From Patescibacteria group bacterium (GTDB lineage Bacteria > Patescibacteriota > Microgenomatia > UBA1406): DNA of 64,000 bases. This document shows, one piece after another, positions 28,176-38,644 of the stretch. The stretch is from positions 69,177 through 133,176 of the forward strand of contig JBAYJK010000003.1 in the NCBI GenBank assembly GCA_041665145.1. Reading direction: 5' to 3'. The notes beneath the pieces were generated by a model. The model ran no database searches, was not told where the DNA came from, and worked only from the letters and a program-made list of their open reading frames with translations. The translations under genes were made by a program, and so were the position numbers. Position 1 is the first letter of the stretch. Each line of letters begins with the position of its first letter.

Positions 28176-30840
28176 CCAGTCTCATACGCTCGTTTATTGC
28201 TTTGAAAATATCGGACAGCAGTACGTAAATTAAACCTGCTGTCACGGCAATTATGATCTCAATAATTCCAATAGGGGCAGTCTGAAAGGCTTTGTTAAGT
28301 GGCGTGTAGATAACCAGAAGCGTAATTCCCAGAGAAACAGCTGATGCTAGAAACAAGTATTTATTTACGAACAGCGACCGTGTCAAAACAGGAAACCTGA
28401 ATGACCGGTAGATGAAAGCACCAGCAATTTCAAGGACTATTAGTGTAAATAAAAGTGTAGTGCGTGAAACGTCCGCTGAGTTTCCGAATATATTGAAGGA
28501 GATGTAGTATGCCGCAAGACTCATTGCACCCATGGTCATGCCACTTATTACTAATGAGGCATAGAGCGATCTTGTCAGGATATTGGCGTTACGTCGGGGC
28601 CGGTCACTCATGACATCTTTTGAAGAGTGATTCACGGCAAGCGTAATTGCCGGCAAATCGTCGGTTACCAAATTCATGAACAATATGTGGAGAGATAGAA
28701 GAATTGGTGTCTGCCAGCCTAAAAGCGGTGAAAATATAACGCTAAACAACAGTATCATCAGCTCTGCGTAATTACACGACAACTGGTATGTTACAAATTT
28801 GCGCAGATTATTGAAAATAGTCCTTCCTTCCCGGATAGCTTCGACAATTGTGACAAAATTGTCGTCTTTCAAAGTAAGATCCGCAACAGATCGGGAAACA
28901 TCGGTTCCCGACTTCCCCATCGCGACTCCAATGTTGGCTTCTTTAAGTGCCGGTGCGTCGTTTACCCCGTCACCTGTCATCGTAACCACTTCACCGAGCT
29001 GTTTAAGCGTATTGACGATGCGTAATTTATGCTCGGGACGTACGCGCGCAAAAATAACCGCTTCCTGTAATGCAACCGCCAGTTCGCTGTCGCTCATTGC
29101 ATCAAGTTCGTCTCCCTCGTAGGCTTTGCCGATGAGCCCTATTTGAGTGGCTATTGCGACCGCGGTAGTTTTATGATCGCCGGTAATCATTTTCACTCGA
29201 ATTCCGGCGGCAGTACACACCTCGATAGTCTCCTTCACTCCTTCACGGGGGGGATCTTCAATCCCGACGATACCAAGAAACGTGAGCGGTGCTTTTTCGT
29301 GAGTAGGTTTCAATTCACAATAGGCAAGCGCCAAAGTTCTGTAAGAGTTATCAGATAATTCAGTGGTTTGTGCAAGCAGGGACTCCCGCTCTTTACTGTC
29401 GAGAGCAATCCGTTCATTGCCTTTAAATTGGTATCTTGAGAGCTTTACAATTACTTCCGGAGCGCCTTTGGCGTAAAGGTACGTCCGGCCGTGTATCTCG
29501 ACTTTAGTGAACATGATCTTGGTCTCCGGTGTGAACGGTATTTCTTCGAGTATTCTATGTTGCAGGTCTTCCCGATAAATTTTTGCCTTGGCGGCAAGAA
29601 TCAACAGTGCTACTTCTGTATGTGACCCGAGTGCTTTGTATTCAGTCGGGGTCTCTGTTTTCTGTATGCTCGCACTGTTACATACAACGCAACATCTCAG
29701 AAGTTCTGACAATTGTCTGTTACCCTCAATGGACACGGGCTGATTATTTAACGTGAACTCTCCCTGGTTGGAATAGCCGACTCCCGAAACATCAAGGACC
29801 TTTCCGTCCAGAACGATTTTCTTTACCGTCATTTCCCCTTTTGTGAGCGTGCCCGTTTTGTCCGTGCAGATTACGGTTGTCTCACCGAGAGTTTCGATTA
29901 TGGACATGCGGTTGACGATTGCATTCTTCTTTGCCATCCGAGTCGTCCCGGCGGCAAGCGAAGTCATAAGCACTACCGGAAGGCCTTCCGGGAAGGCGGA
30001 AACGGCAAGGGCGATGGCAAGCACTAATATGTGCGTAAGGGTAGCAGAAGAAAAGTCTTTGGCTTGGAAAAGAAGTACGACCGAAATAAAAATCGAAATA
30101 GAGATTGCCACCACAACCATAATACCGGCGATTGCGTTAACTTTTTTCTGTAACGGAAGCTCTTTGACGGTTTCGGTGATGAGCGTTGATATTTGGCCGA
30201 ATTTTGTGTTCATTCCGGTATGGGTCACCACAAACGTACATTTCCCATTCACAACATAACTTCCCATAAACAGTATGCTTTCATTTTTTGATGTACCGGA
30301 TGCGCTTTTTAACGCACGCTTAGTCTGTTCGGCAGACTCCCCGGTGAGTATGGATTCGTCAACGCGCAAAGCGGTTTCATGAACAATCTTACCGTCAGCC
30401 GGTACGCGATCACCGCTTCTGATTACAACAACATCTCCCGGTACAACTGCTCTGGTTTCGATTTGCTGTTCTCTTCCGTCGCGAATCACCGTACAGGTAA
30501 GTACCATCATATTTTTCAAGGCCTCTATAGCAACATCCGCCTTATACTCCTGGACAAAAGAGATGGTTACGATGAGTGACAGCACCAACATGATTACAAT
30601 TCCGGTTACCAGTTCGCCTACAAGAAGCGATACGACGGCTGCAAACAACAAAAGGTACACAATAAAATTGCTCTTGAGTGTTTTAACAAATCTGACAAGC
30701 GGAGAGGTGTGGTGGCTTTCCGCTATTTCGTTATTTCCCCATTTTTCAAGTCGCTCTTGTGCCTCAAACGTAGTAAGACCGGTTATAAGAGTATCCACAG
30801 TATCAGTATAAAGATCTAACAGAACTTTGACAACCTGCAA
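28162..30840 (-). CDS. P2-type cation-transporting ATPase (Ca2+/Mg2+-ATPase-like)
   Basis: TGES, CTDKTGTLT, MITGD, TGDGVNDAPAL, and 10-TM topology. The apparent start codon is TTG. Confidence 0.9.
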   Translation of the reverse strand: MQVVKVLLDLYTDTVDTLITGLTTFEAQERLEKWGNNEIAESHHTSPLVRFVKTLKSNFIVYLLLFAAVVSLLVGELVTGIVIMLVLSLIVTISFVQEYKADVAIEALKNMMVLTCTVIRDGREQQIETRAVVPGDVVVIRSGDRVPADGKIVHETALRVDESILTGESAEQTKRALKSASGTSKNESILFMGSYVVNGKCTFVVTHTGMNTKFGQISTLITETVKELPLQKKVNAIAGIMVVVAISISIFISVVLLFQAKDFSSATLTHILVLAIALAVSAFPEGLPVVLMTSLAAGTTRMAKKNAIVNRMSIIETLGETTVICTDKTGTLTKGEMTVKKIVLDGKVLDVSGVGYSNQGEFTLNNQPVSIEGNRQLSELLRCCVVCNSASIQKTETPTEYKALGSHTEVALLILAAKAKIYREDLQHRILEEIPFTPETKIMFTKVEIHGRTYLYAKGAPEVIVKLSRYQFKGNERIALDSKERESLLAQTTELSDNSYRTLALAYCELKPTHEKAPLTFLGIVGIEDPPREGVKETIEVCTAAGIRVKMITGDHKTTAVAIATQIGLIGKAYEGDELDAMSDSELAVALQEAVIFARVRPEHKLRIVNTLKQLGEVVTMTGDGVNDAPALKEANIGVAMGKSGTDVSRSVADLTLKDDNFVTIVEAIREGRTIFNNLRKFVTYQLSCNYAELMILLFSVIFSPLLGWQTPILLSLHILFMNLVTDDLPAITLAVNHSSKDVMSDRPRRNANILTRSLYASLVISGMTMGAMSLAAYYISFNIFGNSADVSRTTLLFTLIVLEIAGAFIYRSFRFPVLTRSLFVNKYLFLASAVSLGITLLVIYTPLNKAFQTAPIGIIEIIIAVTAGLIYVLLSDIFKAINERMRLVNFS

Positions 30841-30857
30841 ACTGCTATAATTTACTC

Positions 30858-31244
30858 ATGGTGCTAGAAAAAGAAGATGGTGCTGATAGGCTTGGTGTCT
30901 CTCCGATAGACCAGCTTATATCTATGGCAGAACGTTTGGGTGTCGGCGAAACAATGGAGATGAGAACCGTGCGCGTAGAGGCATTGGCTGCTCTGGATTT
31001 GGTTACTCTGAAAACTCTGATTGTGAGATATCATGAATTGGGCGAATTGATTGTGAATGCCAAACCGGATAATCCGAAAGCTCAGATCGGTTTATCTCTT
31101 TTAATCACTGCCATCTATTTTTCCAAAGGAATGCGTGCCGATTACAAGGCAGGAATTGAAGATGCATTACTGTATGCAGAGCATATTGGTGAAACCGAGC
31201 TTGTGGAGTCTCTTACAAAGTTAATGCATCCTGCGCGGCCTTAA
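30858..31244 (+). CDS. hypothetical protein (128 aa)
   Basis: ORF with TATAAT (30846-30851) 6 nt upstream of the ATG. Confidence 0.5.
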   Translation: MVLEKEDGADRLGVSPIDQLISMAERLGVGETMEMRTVRVEALAALDLVTLKTLIVRYHELGELIVNAKPDNPKAQIGLSLLITAIYFSKGMRADYKAGIEDALLYAEHIGETELVESLTKLMHPARP

Positions 31245-32295
31245 GATGTGTATTGTAAAATAAGGCAAGTTCAAACTCTCTTCGTGCTGCTTCGGGATTT
31301 CCCTGTTTTACAAAAACTTTTCCGCGTAACATATAGAGCTCGGAAAAAGCACGGTTACCATTCTTCAAAACCTGTTCAGTCAAATCTAAAACTTTACTAT
31401 AATTACCCGCTACATAGTAGGACTGTATGGGCTCAATTTGATACCATAATGTCCGGAACGGAAGGTAGGCTTGCACGGTTTCAAACTCTTTAATGGAGCG
31501 CTGATAGTCTCCGGTGTGAAAAAGCGCTACGGAGAGATTGAATCTGGCGTTGTTGTCCCTCGGATCTGCAGTGAGTTCCTGCTCTGCGTTTTTGACGGCA
31601 TCCTGCCACGCCTTATTCTTGTCGGTGTGTTCTTTGAGAATTTCTTTGAGAAGTTCTATTTTGTTTTTCGGAATGAGCACGAGATATTCATAATTGAATT
31701 TCTTCCACAGTTCACTAAACTCCTGAAATGTGTAAGTAAGACCGGCGCCTTGCAGTGAATCATCTTGTATGAATACACCCGTTGTTTCGTCAAAACCCTT
31801 TACAACGCGATAATGGCCTATATCGGTGTCCATTGTTAATAAGGTACGAGTAATTACCGGTAGCTCCTGTGCTATAAACTGTTTCAATATCTCCGGATTT
31901 CCCATCGGGCGGTGGTACGGTATGAGCCCATATTCGCGGGCCTTCTCTCCTAGCTCTTCGAGAGTAACCGACTTATCGTCGTTGTCTCCACTCTGGACTT
32001 GGTACGGGCGGAGAGTAGCTGCTAACTCCTCTTGGCTCGCCGAAATAGCATAGAATTTGAGCGCCATGGATAATGCCGCCGGCCCACAGTTATTGAACGA
32101 CTGAAAAATATGGTAATCCGTAGCAAGAACTTTGCGTATCGGACCCGGTGTTGGCGTAGCAGGTTGTGGCGATTCACTTCGGGTGACTGAATCTGCAGGA
32201 TTTTCATAAACACGTTCCCGCATTACCATACGGAAACCAATTACAAGTAACGTGATGAGAATCACAAACATATTTATTTTGATAAAATTTCTCAT
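31213..32295 (-). CDS. membrane-anchored C39-like cysteine peptidase domain + TPR repeats
   Basis: N-terminal TM, FQSFNNCGPAALSMAL (papain-like C39_2 catalytic Cys context), and C-terminal TPR-like repeats. Confidence 0.6.
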   Translation of the reverse strand: MRNFIKINMFVILITLLVIGFRMVMRERVYENPADSVTRSESPQPATPTPGPIRKVLATDYHIFQSFNNCGPAALSMALKFYAISASQEELAATLRPYQVQSGDNDDKSVTLEELGEKAREYGLIPYHRPMGNPEILKQFIAQELPVITRTLLTMDTDIGHYRVVKGFDETTGVFIQDDSLQGAGLTYTFQEFSELWKKFNYEYLVLIPKNKIELLKEILKEHTDKNKAWQDAVKNAEQELTADPRDNNARFNLSVALFHTGDYQRSIKEFETVQAYLPFRTLWYQIEPIQSYYVAGNYSKVLDLTEQVLKNGNRAFSELYMLRGKVFVKQGNPEAARREFELALFYNTHLKAAQDALTL

Positions 32296-32330
32296 AAAAG
32301 TCGGTTAGTAATTTATTACATTATATAGCA

Positions 32331-33401
32331 ATGCCTTCAGTTCAAAACAAAAAGATGAAAATTGCGGCGGGTGCAATACTAGTCTGCGCATCCCTGATTC
32401 TTGCACTTAGTCTTGTCAGGTCAACTGCGTTCAGAAATACCGGCAGTCCAGTGAGTCGGGTGGCAAAAGAATCACAGATTGAGCCTACACCATTTCCTTT
32501 TCAGGAAATGACAATTCCCTATCTCCGTTCGCGGGAGTACGAGAGTTCTCTTGGGGAGTTACGGCGCGTTACCCAGAACACGGATTATACTTCGTACATT
32601 ACCGACTATGACTCGGACGGTTTGCTGATTCAAGCATACATAACAATTCCAACGGGTGAGAAACCACGTAAGGGCTGGCCGGCTGTTGTGTTCGTACATG
32701 GGTATATTCCTCCCCAAAACTACAGCACTTCCGATAGCTATAGTTCGTATGTAGATTATTTGGCCAGGAATAAATACGTGGTTTTTAAAATTGACTTACG
32801 CGGGCACGGAACCTCACACGGCGAACCTATGGGCGCATATTATTCGTCAGATTATATTATAGATACCCTCAATGCCCGCGCTGCTCTGCAGAGATCTGAC
32901 TTAATCGACCCTCAGCGCATCGGGTTATACGGACACTCTATGGCAGGGAATGTCGTTACCCGAGCAATGGCTGCACGACCCGATATTCCCGCTGTCGCCG
33001 TTTGGGCGGGTGCAGTGTATACCTATGCAGATTTTTCAGAGTTCAGTATCAACGACAATTCATATCGCCCACCGTCGGACGATTCTCCCGGACGGAGACG
33101 AAGAAACGAAATGCTTTCGATGTACGGTGAGTTCAACGCTGAGAGTTTCTTTTGGAAGCTCGTGCCGATGACTAATTTTCTGAAGGACATGCAAGGCGCA
33201 ATTCAGCTGAGCCATTGCGTGGATGACACGGTTGTCAGCGTAGATTACAGCAGGAATCTGAGCGCGCTACTTGATAAGGCCTCGATAGTGCACGAGAGTA
33301 TCGAATACCCGAACGGTGGACACAACTTCACCGGAAAAACTTTTAACGTTGCAATGGACAGAACTATTGCTTTTTTTGATACATACCTTAAGTCTCGCTA
33401 A
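32331..33401 (+). CDS. membrane-anchored alpha/beta hydrolase (S9 prolyl-oligopeptidase/DLH-like), paralog 1
   Basis: N-terminal TM, VFVHGY, nucleophile elbow GHSMAG, and C-terminal GGHNF. Confidence 0.7.
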   Translation: MPSVQNKKMKIAAGAILVCASLILALSLVRSTAFRNTGSPVSRVAKESQIEPTPFPFQEMTIPYLRSREYESSLGELRRVTQNTDYTSYITDYDSDGLLIQAYITIPTGEKPRKGWPAVVFVHGYIPPQNYSTSDSYSSYVDYLARNKYVVFKIDLRGHGTSHGEPMGAYYSSDYIIDTLNARAALQRSDLIDPQRIGLYGHSMAGNVVTRAMAARPDIPAVAVWAGAVYTYADFSEFSINDNSYRPPSDDSPGRRRRNEMLSMYGEFNAESFFWKLVPMTNFLKDMQGAIQLSHCVDDTVVSVDYSRNLSALLDKASIVHESIEYPNGGHNFTGKTFNVAMDRTIAFFDTYLKSR

Positions 33402-33447
33402 TACTCGCTGTGCCATAACAATGTTTCAGTTGTGATATGCGTCACGA

Positions 33448-33464
33448 TTTCAGGAGATTTTCAG
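33448..33464 (+). promoter_or_regulatory. Second TTTCAG-N5-TTTCAG direct repeat (same box as at 12572)
   Basis: TTTCAGgagatTTTCAG lies 10 nt upstream of TATATA (33475-33480), which is 6 nt from the ATG at 33487. A third TTTCAG is at 33424-33429. Confidence 0.5.
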
Positions 33465-33486
33465 GTATGATTGTTATATATATTAT

Positions 33487-34554
33487 ATGAACACACATAT
33501 ATTAAAGTTTGTAACTTTAGTTGCCTTTCTGTCAATCATTGGTTACGGCGCGTACTCGTATTCTACGAGGAATACTACATCTGGAAAATCGTCACTGCTT
33601 AATATAGAAAACCGCAAAAGGCAAAATGATGGTGGACCAGAAAAATTGGAACCCCACCCGCTTTCCATCGAAGCATTAAGAAATGGAGAGTACCCGGGCA
33701 GTGATGTAACCATTGAGCAGGAGTTATCCGACGGGAGTAACTATAAGCGGTATATTGCTTCATATAAATCCGAGGGTCTTAAAATTTATGCACTCCTCAC
33801 CGTGCCGAACGGCCAAAAACCTAAGTCCGGATGGCCGGTTGTTATTTTTAACCACGGCTACATCCCTCCGAGTCAGTATGTTACTACGGAGCGGTACATA
33901 GCATACACTGATGCATTTTCAAGTAAAGGATATATAGTCTTCAGATCCGATTATCGTGGGCATGGAAATTCTGAGGGAGAAGGTAACAGTTACGGGTCAA
34001 ACGGCTATACGATTGATATTCTGAACGCAGTGGCGACTATGAAAAAGTACTCGGAAGCTGACCCGAAAAGAATCGGAATGTGGGGTCATTCGATGGGCGG
34101 ATATATTACGCTGCGGGCAATGGTTGCCAGCAAGGACATTAAGGCCGGCGTTATTTGGGCCGGTGTTGTCGCATCTTATCCGGATCTTCTTGCAAAGTGG
34201 CGCAGAGGAACAGGAAACCCTACTCCGTTCCCCACGACTTCTTCCCGAGGCGGTTGGCGCACGGGGTTGATTAGTGAGTTCGGTACGCCGGAAGAAAACC
34301 CTGAATTCTGGAATTCAATTTCTGCAAATTCATATCTTGCCGATATTTCCGGTCCGCTGCAATTGCATCATGGTACCGCCGACCATTCCGTGCCACACGC
34401 GTTTTCGGAAACTCTGGAGGACCAGATGAAAAAGGCGGGTAAAACAGTTGATTTACATATTTATCCGGGTGACGAGCATGACATCCCGAATAATTTTACT
34501 GTTGCCATGGAAAGATCGGTCGCTTTTTTTGACAAATATGTGAAGTCAAAATAA
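33487..34554 (+). CDS. membrane-anchored alpha/beta hydrolase (S9/DLH-like), paralog 2
   Basis: Same architecture as 32331-33401, with IFNHGY, GHSMGG and GDEHD. Confidence 0.7.
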   Translation: MNTHILKFVTLVAFLSIIGYGAYSYSTRNTTSGKSSLLNIENRKRQNDGGPEKLEPHPLSIEALRNGEYPGSDVTIEQELSDGSNYKRYIASYKSEGLKIYALLTVPNGQKPKSGWPVVIFNHGYIPPSQYVTTERYIAYTDAFSSKGYIVFRSDYRGHGNSEGEGNSYGSNGYTIDILNAVATMKKYSEADPKRIGMWGHSMGGYITLRAMVASKDIKAGVIWAGVVASYPDLLAKWRRGTGNPTPFPTTSSRGGWRTGLISEFGTPEENPEFWNSISANSYLADISGPLQLHHGTADHSVPHAFSETLEDQMKKAGKTVDLHIYPGDEHDIPNNFTVAMERSVAFFDKYVKSK

Positions 34555-34566
34555 GATTGTTAGTAC

Positions 34567-36264
34567 TTATCCGAAAGTAAACGCAAACAGTTCCGCATTG
34601 CTGTCTTCGAACTCGAGTCGGAGAACATGGCGTCCGGGAACCGTAAGATTAATCAGTTTGTAGAGGCGATCTTTATTTACAGTGACCGTACCTTTAACAA
34701 CATCTTCCCCTGAATCTTGTATTTTGTCATCCAGATACACCCGGACTTTTGCCGGATCTCCTGTGGCCCGCATAACCAAAAACACTTCCTGAGAATCAAA
34801 ATTTATCGTCAGAGATGCTCCCTTTTGAGGATTGGCATACTCTTCCATTACGGTCCACTTACCGGCGTAGGCAACCTGATCATACCCCAAGTTTTGAGGA
34901 GCCGTATATGTTTCAAGAGTGTTTTTCTTAATAGTTTCAGGTGAAGCAAAGTTCCGGATTCGCCCGTGTCCCAAGTAAGTTTCGGGAGTTTCTGCGTTAA
35001 CCGTATACGTAGGATTATCTATTTTTTGCGTCACGTCGGAGAGGCCTGTCTCCTTCAGTAATTCCTGAATAATCTTTTCACTATCGTCGTATGCTCCTTC
35101 ACCGAAATGCGTATATCTGATAGTGCCGTCTTTGTCGATAAAATATTTTGCCGGCCAATAACGGTTCTCATACGCATGCCACGTGGAAAAATCGTTATCT
35201 TGGACAATGGGATACGTAAGTTTAAAGTCTTTAATTGCTTGGGCAACATTCTCTTTGTTTTTCTCAAACTCAAACTCCGGAGTATGCACACCGATGATGA
35301 CCAATCCTTTATCCTTATATTTCTCATTCCACTCTCGAAGATACGGGAGGGTTCTTTGACAATTTATGCATGTATATGTCCAGAAATCTATCAGTACAAC
35401 TTTTCCCCTTAGTTCTGCGAGTGTCAAAGGGACGGTGTTAAACCACGCTCCACCCGGAATTATTTCCGGGGCTCGTGGACCTGTCGGTACTTCTTCTTTC
35501 AAATCAGTCCCTGAATTTTTGTCTAATTGATTGCGAATTAACTCGTTATCCTCAAATTTTGTAAGGCCGACGCCGTATTGCGGAAAAGCGTTTAATACAA
35601 ATGTCTGGAATTTTCGATCTATATTAAACATAATGCCGATCGCAGTCATAATCATTAAGATCCCAAACAACTTTTGAAGTGTGCCCAGGTTTGATACCAG
35701 CCACGGTACCCGTCGTAAGGCGTTTTGTCCTCCCAGTATGATTAAAAACATCGGTATGGCAGTTCCAAGTGAATATGCAAGGGTGATGAGGAAGCTGTCA
35801 AAGGTAACGGTTCCCGTTATGGCGAGAGAAATAACCGACGCCAATATCGGGCCGACACAAGGAGTCCAGAGTAGGCCGACGGAAAGACCTATAAGTAACC
35901 CTCCACTAAAACCGGTTCGGTTCTGGTTGTGGGGCATAAAGCCGGCAAACTTGGAAAATATTCGTTCAATCTGCTCCTGAAATTGCGGAATGAGCAACGA
36001 TGTTCCGAAGCCTGCAATCACCAGCACAGACAGTAATCGGAGAGACTCGGACGGAATGCCGCTGAGTCTGACTATCGTTGAAAGAAAAAGTGTAAAAAAA
36101 GTAAAGCTGAGCACGAACCCGATAACTACTCCCACCGGACGGGATTTTCCGGTGTTTACTCCCCCAACACTTGAAGAAAGAATGATCGGAAGTATAGGAA
36201 GAATACACGGTGAGAGTACGGTTATCAGCCCGGCTAAAAATGCAAACGCTATGAGTAAAATCAT
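34567..36264 (-). CDS. DipZ-like protein: CcdA/DsbD membrane domain + TlpA-like thioredoxin + C-terminal beta domain
   Basis: N-terminal LSPCILPILP and WTPCVGPIL (CcdA motifs), then FWTYTCINCQ (thioredoxin CxxC). Confidence 0.75.
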   Translation of the reverse strand: MILLIAFAFLAGLITVLSPCILPILPIILSSSVGGVNTGKSRPVGVVIGFVLSFTFFTLFLSTIVRLSGIPSESLRLLSVLVIAGFGTSLLIPQFQEQIERIFSKFAGFMPHNQNRTGFSGGLLIGLSVGLLWTPCVGPILASVISLAITGTVTFDSFLITLAYSLGTAIPMFLIILGGQNALRRVPWLVSNLGTLQKLFGILMIMTAIGIMFNIDRKFQTFVLNAFPQYGVGLTKFEDNELIRNQLDKNSGTDLKEEVPTGPRAPEIIPGGAWFNTVPLTLAELRGKVVLIDFWTYTCINCQRTLPYLREWNEKYKDKGLVIIGVHTPEFEFEKNKENVAQAIKDFKLTYPIVQDNDFSTWHAYENRYWPAKYFIDKDGTIRYTHFGEGAYDDSEKIIQELLKETGLSDVTQKIDNPTYTVNAETPETYLGHGRIRNFASPETIKKNTLETYTAPQNLGYDQVAYAGKWTVMEEYANPQKGASLTINFDSQEVFLVMRATGDPAKVRVYLDDKIQDSGEDVVKGTVTVNKDRLYKLINLTVPGRHVLRLEFEDSNAELFAFTFG

Positions 36265-36265
36265 G

Positions 36266-36745
36266 TTACTTAAGATTAGAAAGCAATTCGTTTATTTGTC
36301 CGCCGTTCCACTTTGTCACTTCGTTACCGGTACTGTCTATCTGAATAAATGTGTGTTGGTACGTTATGCCATACTTTTGGGCCAAGTCTTTCTCTTCCTG
36401 GTCAGTATCTGGATCGTTATAATTAACTCGGAGAAGCGTTACATCTTCGGGAATCTTCGCGCTGTTTTGTGTAAAGCTCTCATCGGCCGGTCTGCATGTC
36501 GGACACCACGAAGCATAGAAAAACAAGACTCTCCGACCTGTTACAGCTTTCTCGAGGGCGGCGGCTGAATACTCAACATACCGTGAGGTTGCCATCATAT
36601 TGTCCTCCGTTTTTTTCATCATCACCTCCCCTTCTTTTTTCATCATCGAGTCTGGTTCCGAAGGACTCTGAACAAGGGCAAAAGCACCGATTCCGAACAC
36701 TAAAACAGCTGCGGTTATACCGAAAACGATTATTTGTTTTTTCAT
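36266..36745 (-). CDS. membrane-anchored thioredoxin-like protein
   Basis: FFYASWCPTCRP. The start is taken at MKKQIIVFG. Confidence 0.8.
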   Translation of the reverse strand: MKKQIIVFGITAAVLVFGIGAFALVQSPSEPDSMMKKEGEVMMKKTEDNMMATSRYVEYSAAALEKAVTGRRVLFFYASWCPTCRPADESFTQNSAKIPEDVTLLRVNYNDPDTDQEEKDLAQKYGITYQHTFIQIDSTGNEVTKWNGGQINELLSNLK

Positions 36746-36787
36746 ACAAACATCGTAGTAAATCAAAATAAAAATGTCAAGTCGACT

Positions 36788-37141
36788 TTACATTCTGAAG
36801 TGAGAATAGATTCGGGAGAGCAGCTTGGAGAACACCATTGCACACAGCGCGATAACGAGCCACGGATCAATTTCATGTTTGAGTGCTTGCATAATAATTC
36901 CGATAATTAATGTGCCGACCCCCACAAGATATGAGATTCTTCCTGCTGTTAGAATGTGCATCGACTCCCGTTCATCGGAAGATTTTTCTCTGAAAAGATA
37001 TGCCGCGAATGTAAGAAAAGAAACTATGAATCCGACAATGAGCATGGACTGCAGACTATCTGGCATAGTCAAGTTTCCCGGGTTCAAAAACAGTAATGCA
37101 ATTGCGAGTATTGCGATAGCGCTGACGGTTTCGATTATCAT
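36788..37141 (-). CDS. small 4-TM membrane protein (DUF2178-like partner of an HTH regulator)
   Basis: Hydrophobic 117 aa protein directly downstream of the XRE-type HTH gene. Confidence 0.5.
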   Translation of the reverse strand: MIIETVSAIAILAIALLFLNPGNLTMPDSLQSMLIVGFIVSFLTFAAYLFREKSSDERESMHILTAGRISYLVGVGTLIIGIIMQALKHEIDPWLVIALCAMVFSKLLSRIYSHFRM

Positions 37142-37143
37142 AA

Positions 37144-37350
37144 TTACTCCACTATTGTAAACAATTTTTCGACGCTCGTGTCGAAATACTTGGCAATTTT
37201 TAATGCCAATAGAACTGAAGGTGTGTAGTTGCCTTTCTCGATTGCAATAATGGTCTGCCGAGTTACCCCAACGGCCATACCCAGCCCTTCTTGGGTAACT
37301 TTATTCTTGTTACGATAGTCCTGAACAAAATTACCGACGTATTGATTCAT
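37144..37350 (-). CDS. XRE/Cro-family HTH transcriptional regulator
   Basis: [29 protein letters not shown]. Confidence 0.9.
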   Translation of the reverse strand: MNQYVGNFVQDYRNKNKVTQEGLGMAVGVTRQTIIAIEKGNYTPSVLLALKIAKYFDTSVEKLFTIVE

Positions 37351-37394
37351 ATGATGATTATATCACCGGACCGGGTATTGACTATCATGATTGT

Positions 37395-38024
37395 TCAATC
37401 CAAGTCGGAGAAATCCCTCAGTTCTTTCCAGTCCGTACGAAAATGTTTCAGGTCCTGTTTGTCGACGAATTTGTCATATTGGGAGTGAGCATTCTTGATT
37501 CTCCGATAATATTTTATCGGACACCAGTACCGTTCTGTTCGCCCTCCGATTTCAGCACTGTAGCGAATGAGATTGTTGACATAACTGCAATAGATGCAGT
37601 TAAATTTTTCCCAGAAATTCAAAAGCGAAAGCAGTTGACGGTCATAAGTGAAATATTGTTTGCGATCAACCAAGGGAATGCCGTAAAGGCGAAAACATAC
37701 ATTATGATAAACCTCAAGACAGACATGCCAGAAAATAGCCGGAAAAATCATAGAATAAATAAACGGAGCGCTCAGAAGATATCGCCAATTTACTGGAATT
37801 TCTAGAGTTTTGCTTTTTATCTTACAGATTTTCAAAGGCTCCTTCGGAACACTGACTTTTTGAGCTAACCCATGCTCCTTAATAAACTCATCGACTTTCT
37901 CGTCTATAGTTCTTTTTACTTCAGTCTGGAGCGATAAGAGCTTCTCCAAAATAGGGTTATTCTTAAACTTTCGCTGTTCCTCCTCGATCCACCTAAGAAT
38001 GTCTGAGTTTTGCATAAGTCCCAT
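37395..38024 (-). CDS. hypothetical membrane-associated protein with a conserved Cys pattern
   Basis: 209 aa with one hydrophobic stretch and the motif CIYCSYVNNLIRYSAEIGGRTERYWCPIKY. Confidence 0.5.
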   Translation of the reverse strand: MGLMQNSDILRWIEEEQRKFKNNPILEKLLSLQTEVKRTIDEKVDEFIKEHGLAQKVSVPKEPLKICKIKSKTLEIPVNWRYLLSAPFIYSMIFPAIFWHVCLEVYHNVCFRLYGIPLVDRKQYFTYDRQLLSLLNFWEKFNCIYCSYVNNLIRYSAEIGGRTERYWCPIKYYRRIKNAHSQYDKFVDKQDLKHFRTDWKELRDFSDLD

Positions 38025-38047
38025 TAAATCAGAAACTGAGGAAATAT

Positions 38048-38082
38048 ACTACTCAAATTAGATCCTTCGGCTAATGAGTAGT
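38048..38082 (-). terminator. hairpin ACTACTCA...TGAGTAGT with an inner TTAG..CTAA stem, downstream of the 38124 gene
   Basis: An 8-bp outer stem plus an inner stem around a CTTCG-type loop. The T-run is weak. Confidence 0.45.
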
Positions 38083-38123
38083 CTGTACTTGGTAGTATTA
38101 ATAGTTTTACTACTCGGGAGGCA

Positions 38124-38576
38124 TCAATTTTCCAGAGCTCTTGCCTTTTTTACCTGTTTTGCGTGAGTGCTTATGTGTCGGGCAATCATACTTAAGAAGT
38201 CAGCTGTTTCATAAGTTCTTCCCCCTTTGCTGTATGTCATTCTTGGGACTTTCTTAATAAGAATGCTCTTACGCAATGATTCGTGAGCTTTGTGCAATCT
38301 CTGTATCAGTTCTTTAATTGAGTATTTTTTCAAAGACATGACTCCGGCTGTGTTTATAGTGGACATTCCTTCAGGGAGCTGCGGATCTTTATGTTGAGCT
38401 AGAGCTTCGTAGTTTGCGGCGTAATTCTCATGCCAAAAGACTATATGGCACAACTCTTCTTTGACGGACCACTCACTTGTCGCCATTAATGTTGACTTTC
38501 TGCTACTTACTTCACTAATAAACGACTCGATGCTGTCGGTTAGTAAAGAAAATAATTTGCTATAACTGTTACTCAT
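38124..38576 (-). CDS. DinB/four-helix-bundle-like protein
   Basis: 150 aa with WSVKEELCHIVFWHENY and a C-terminal H-rich helix. The assignment is weak. Confidence 0.4.
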   Translation of the reverse strand: MSNSYSKLFSLLTDSIESFISEVSSRKSTLMATSEWSVKEELCHIVFWHENYAANYEALAQHKDPQLPEGMSTINTAGVMSLKKYSIKELIQRLHKAHESLRKSILIKKVPRMTYSKGGRTYETADFLSMIARHISTHAKQVKKARALEN

Positions 38577-38644
38577 AGAGTTATTGTATCATTCGCAACT
38601 TAAACTGTGTCGCTTGCAAATAAGTAATCAACGATATAAACTAT

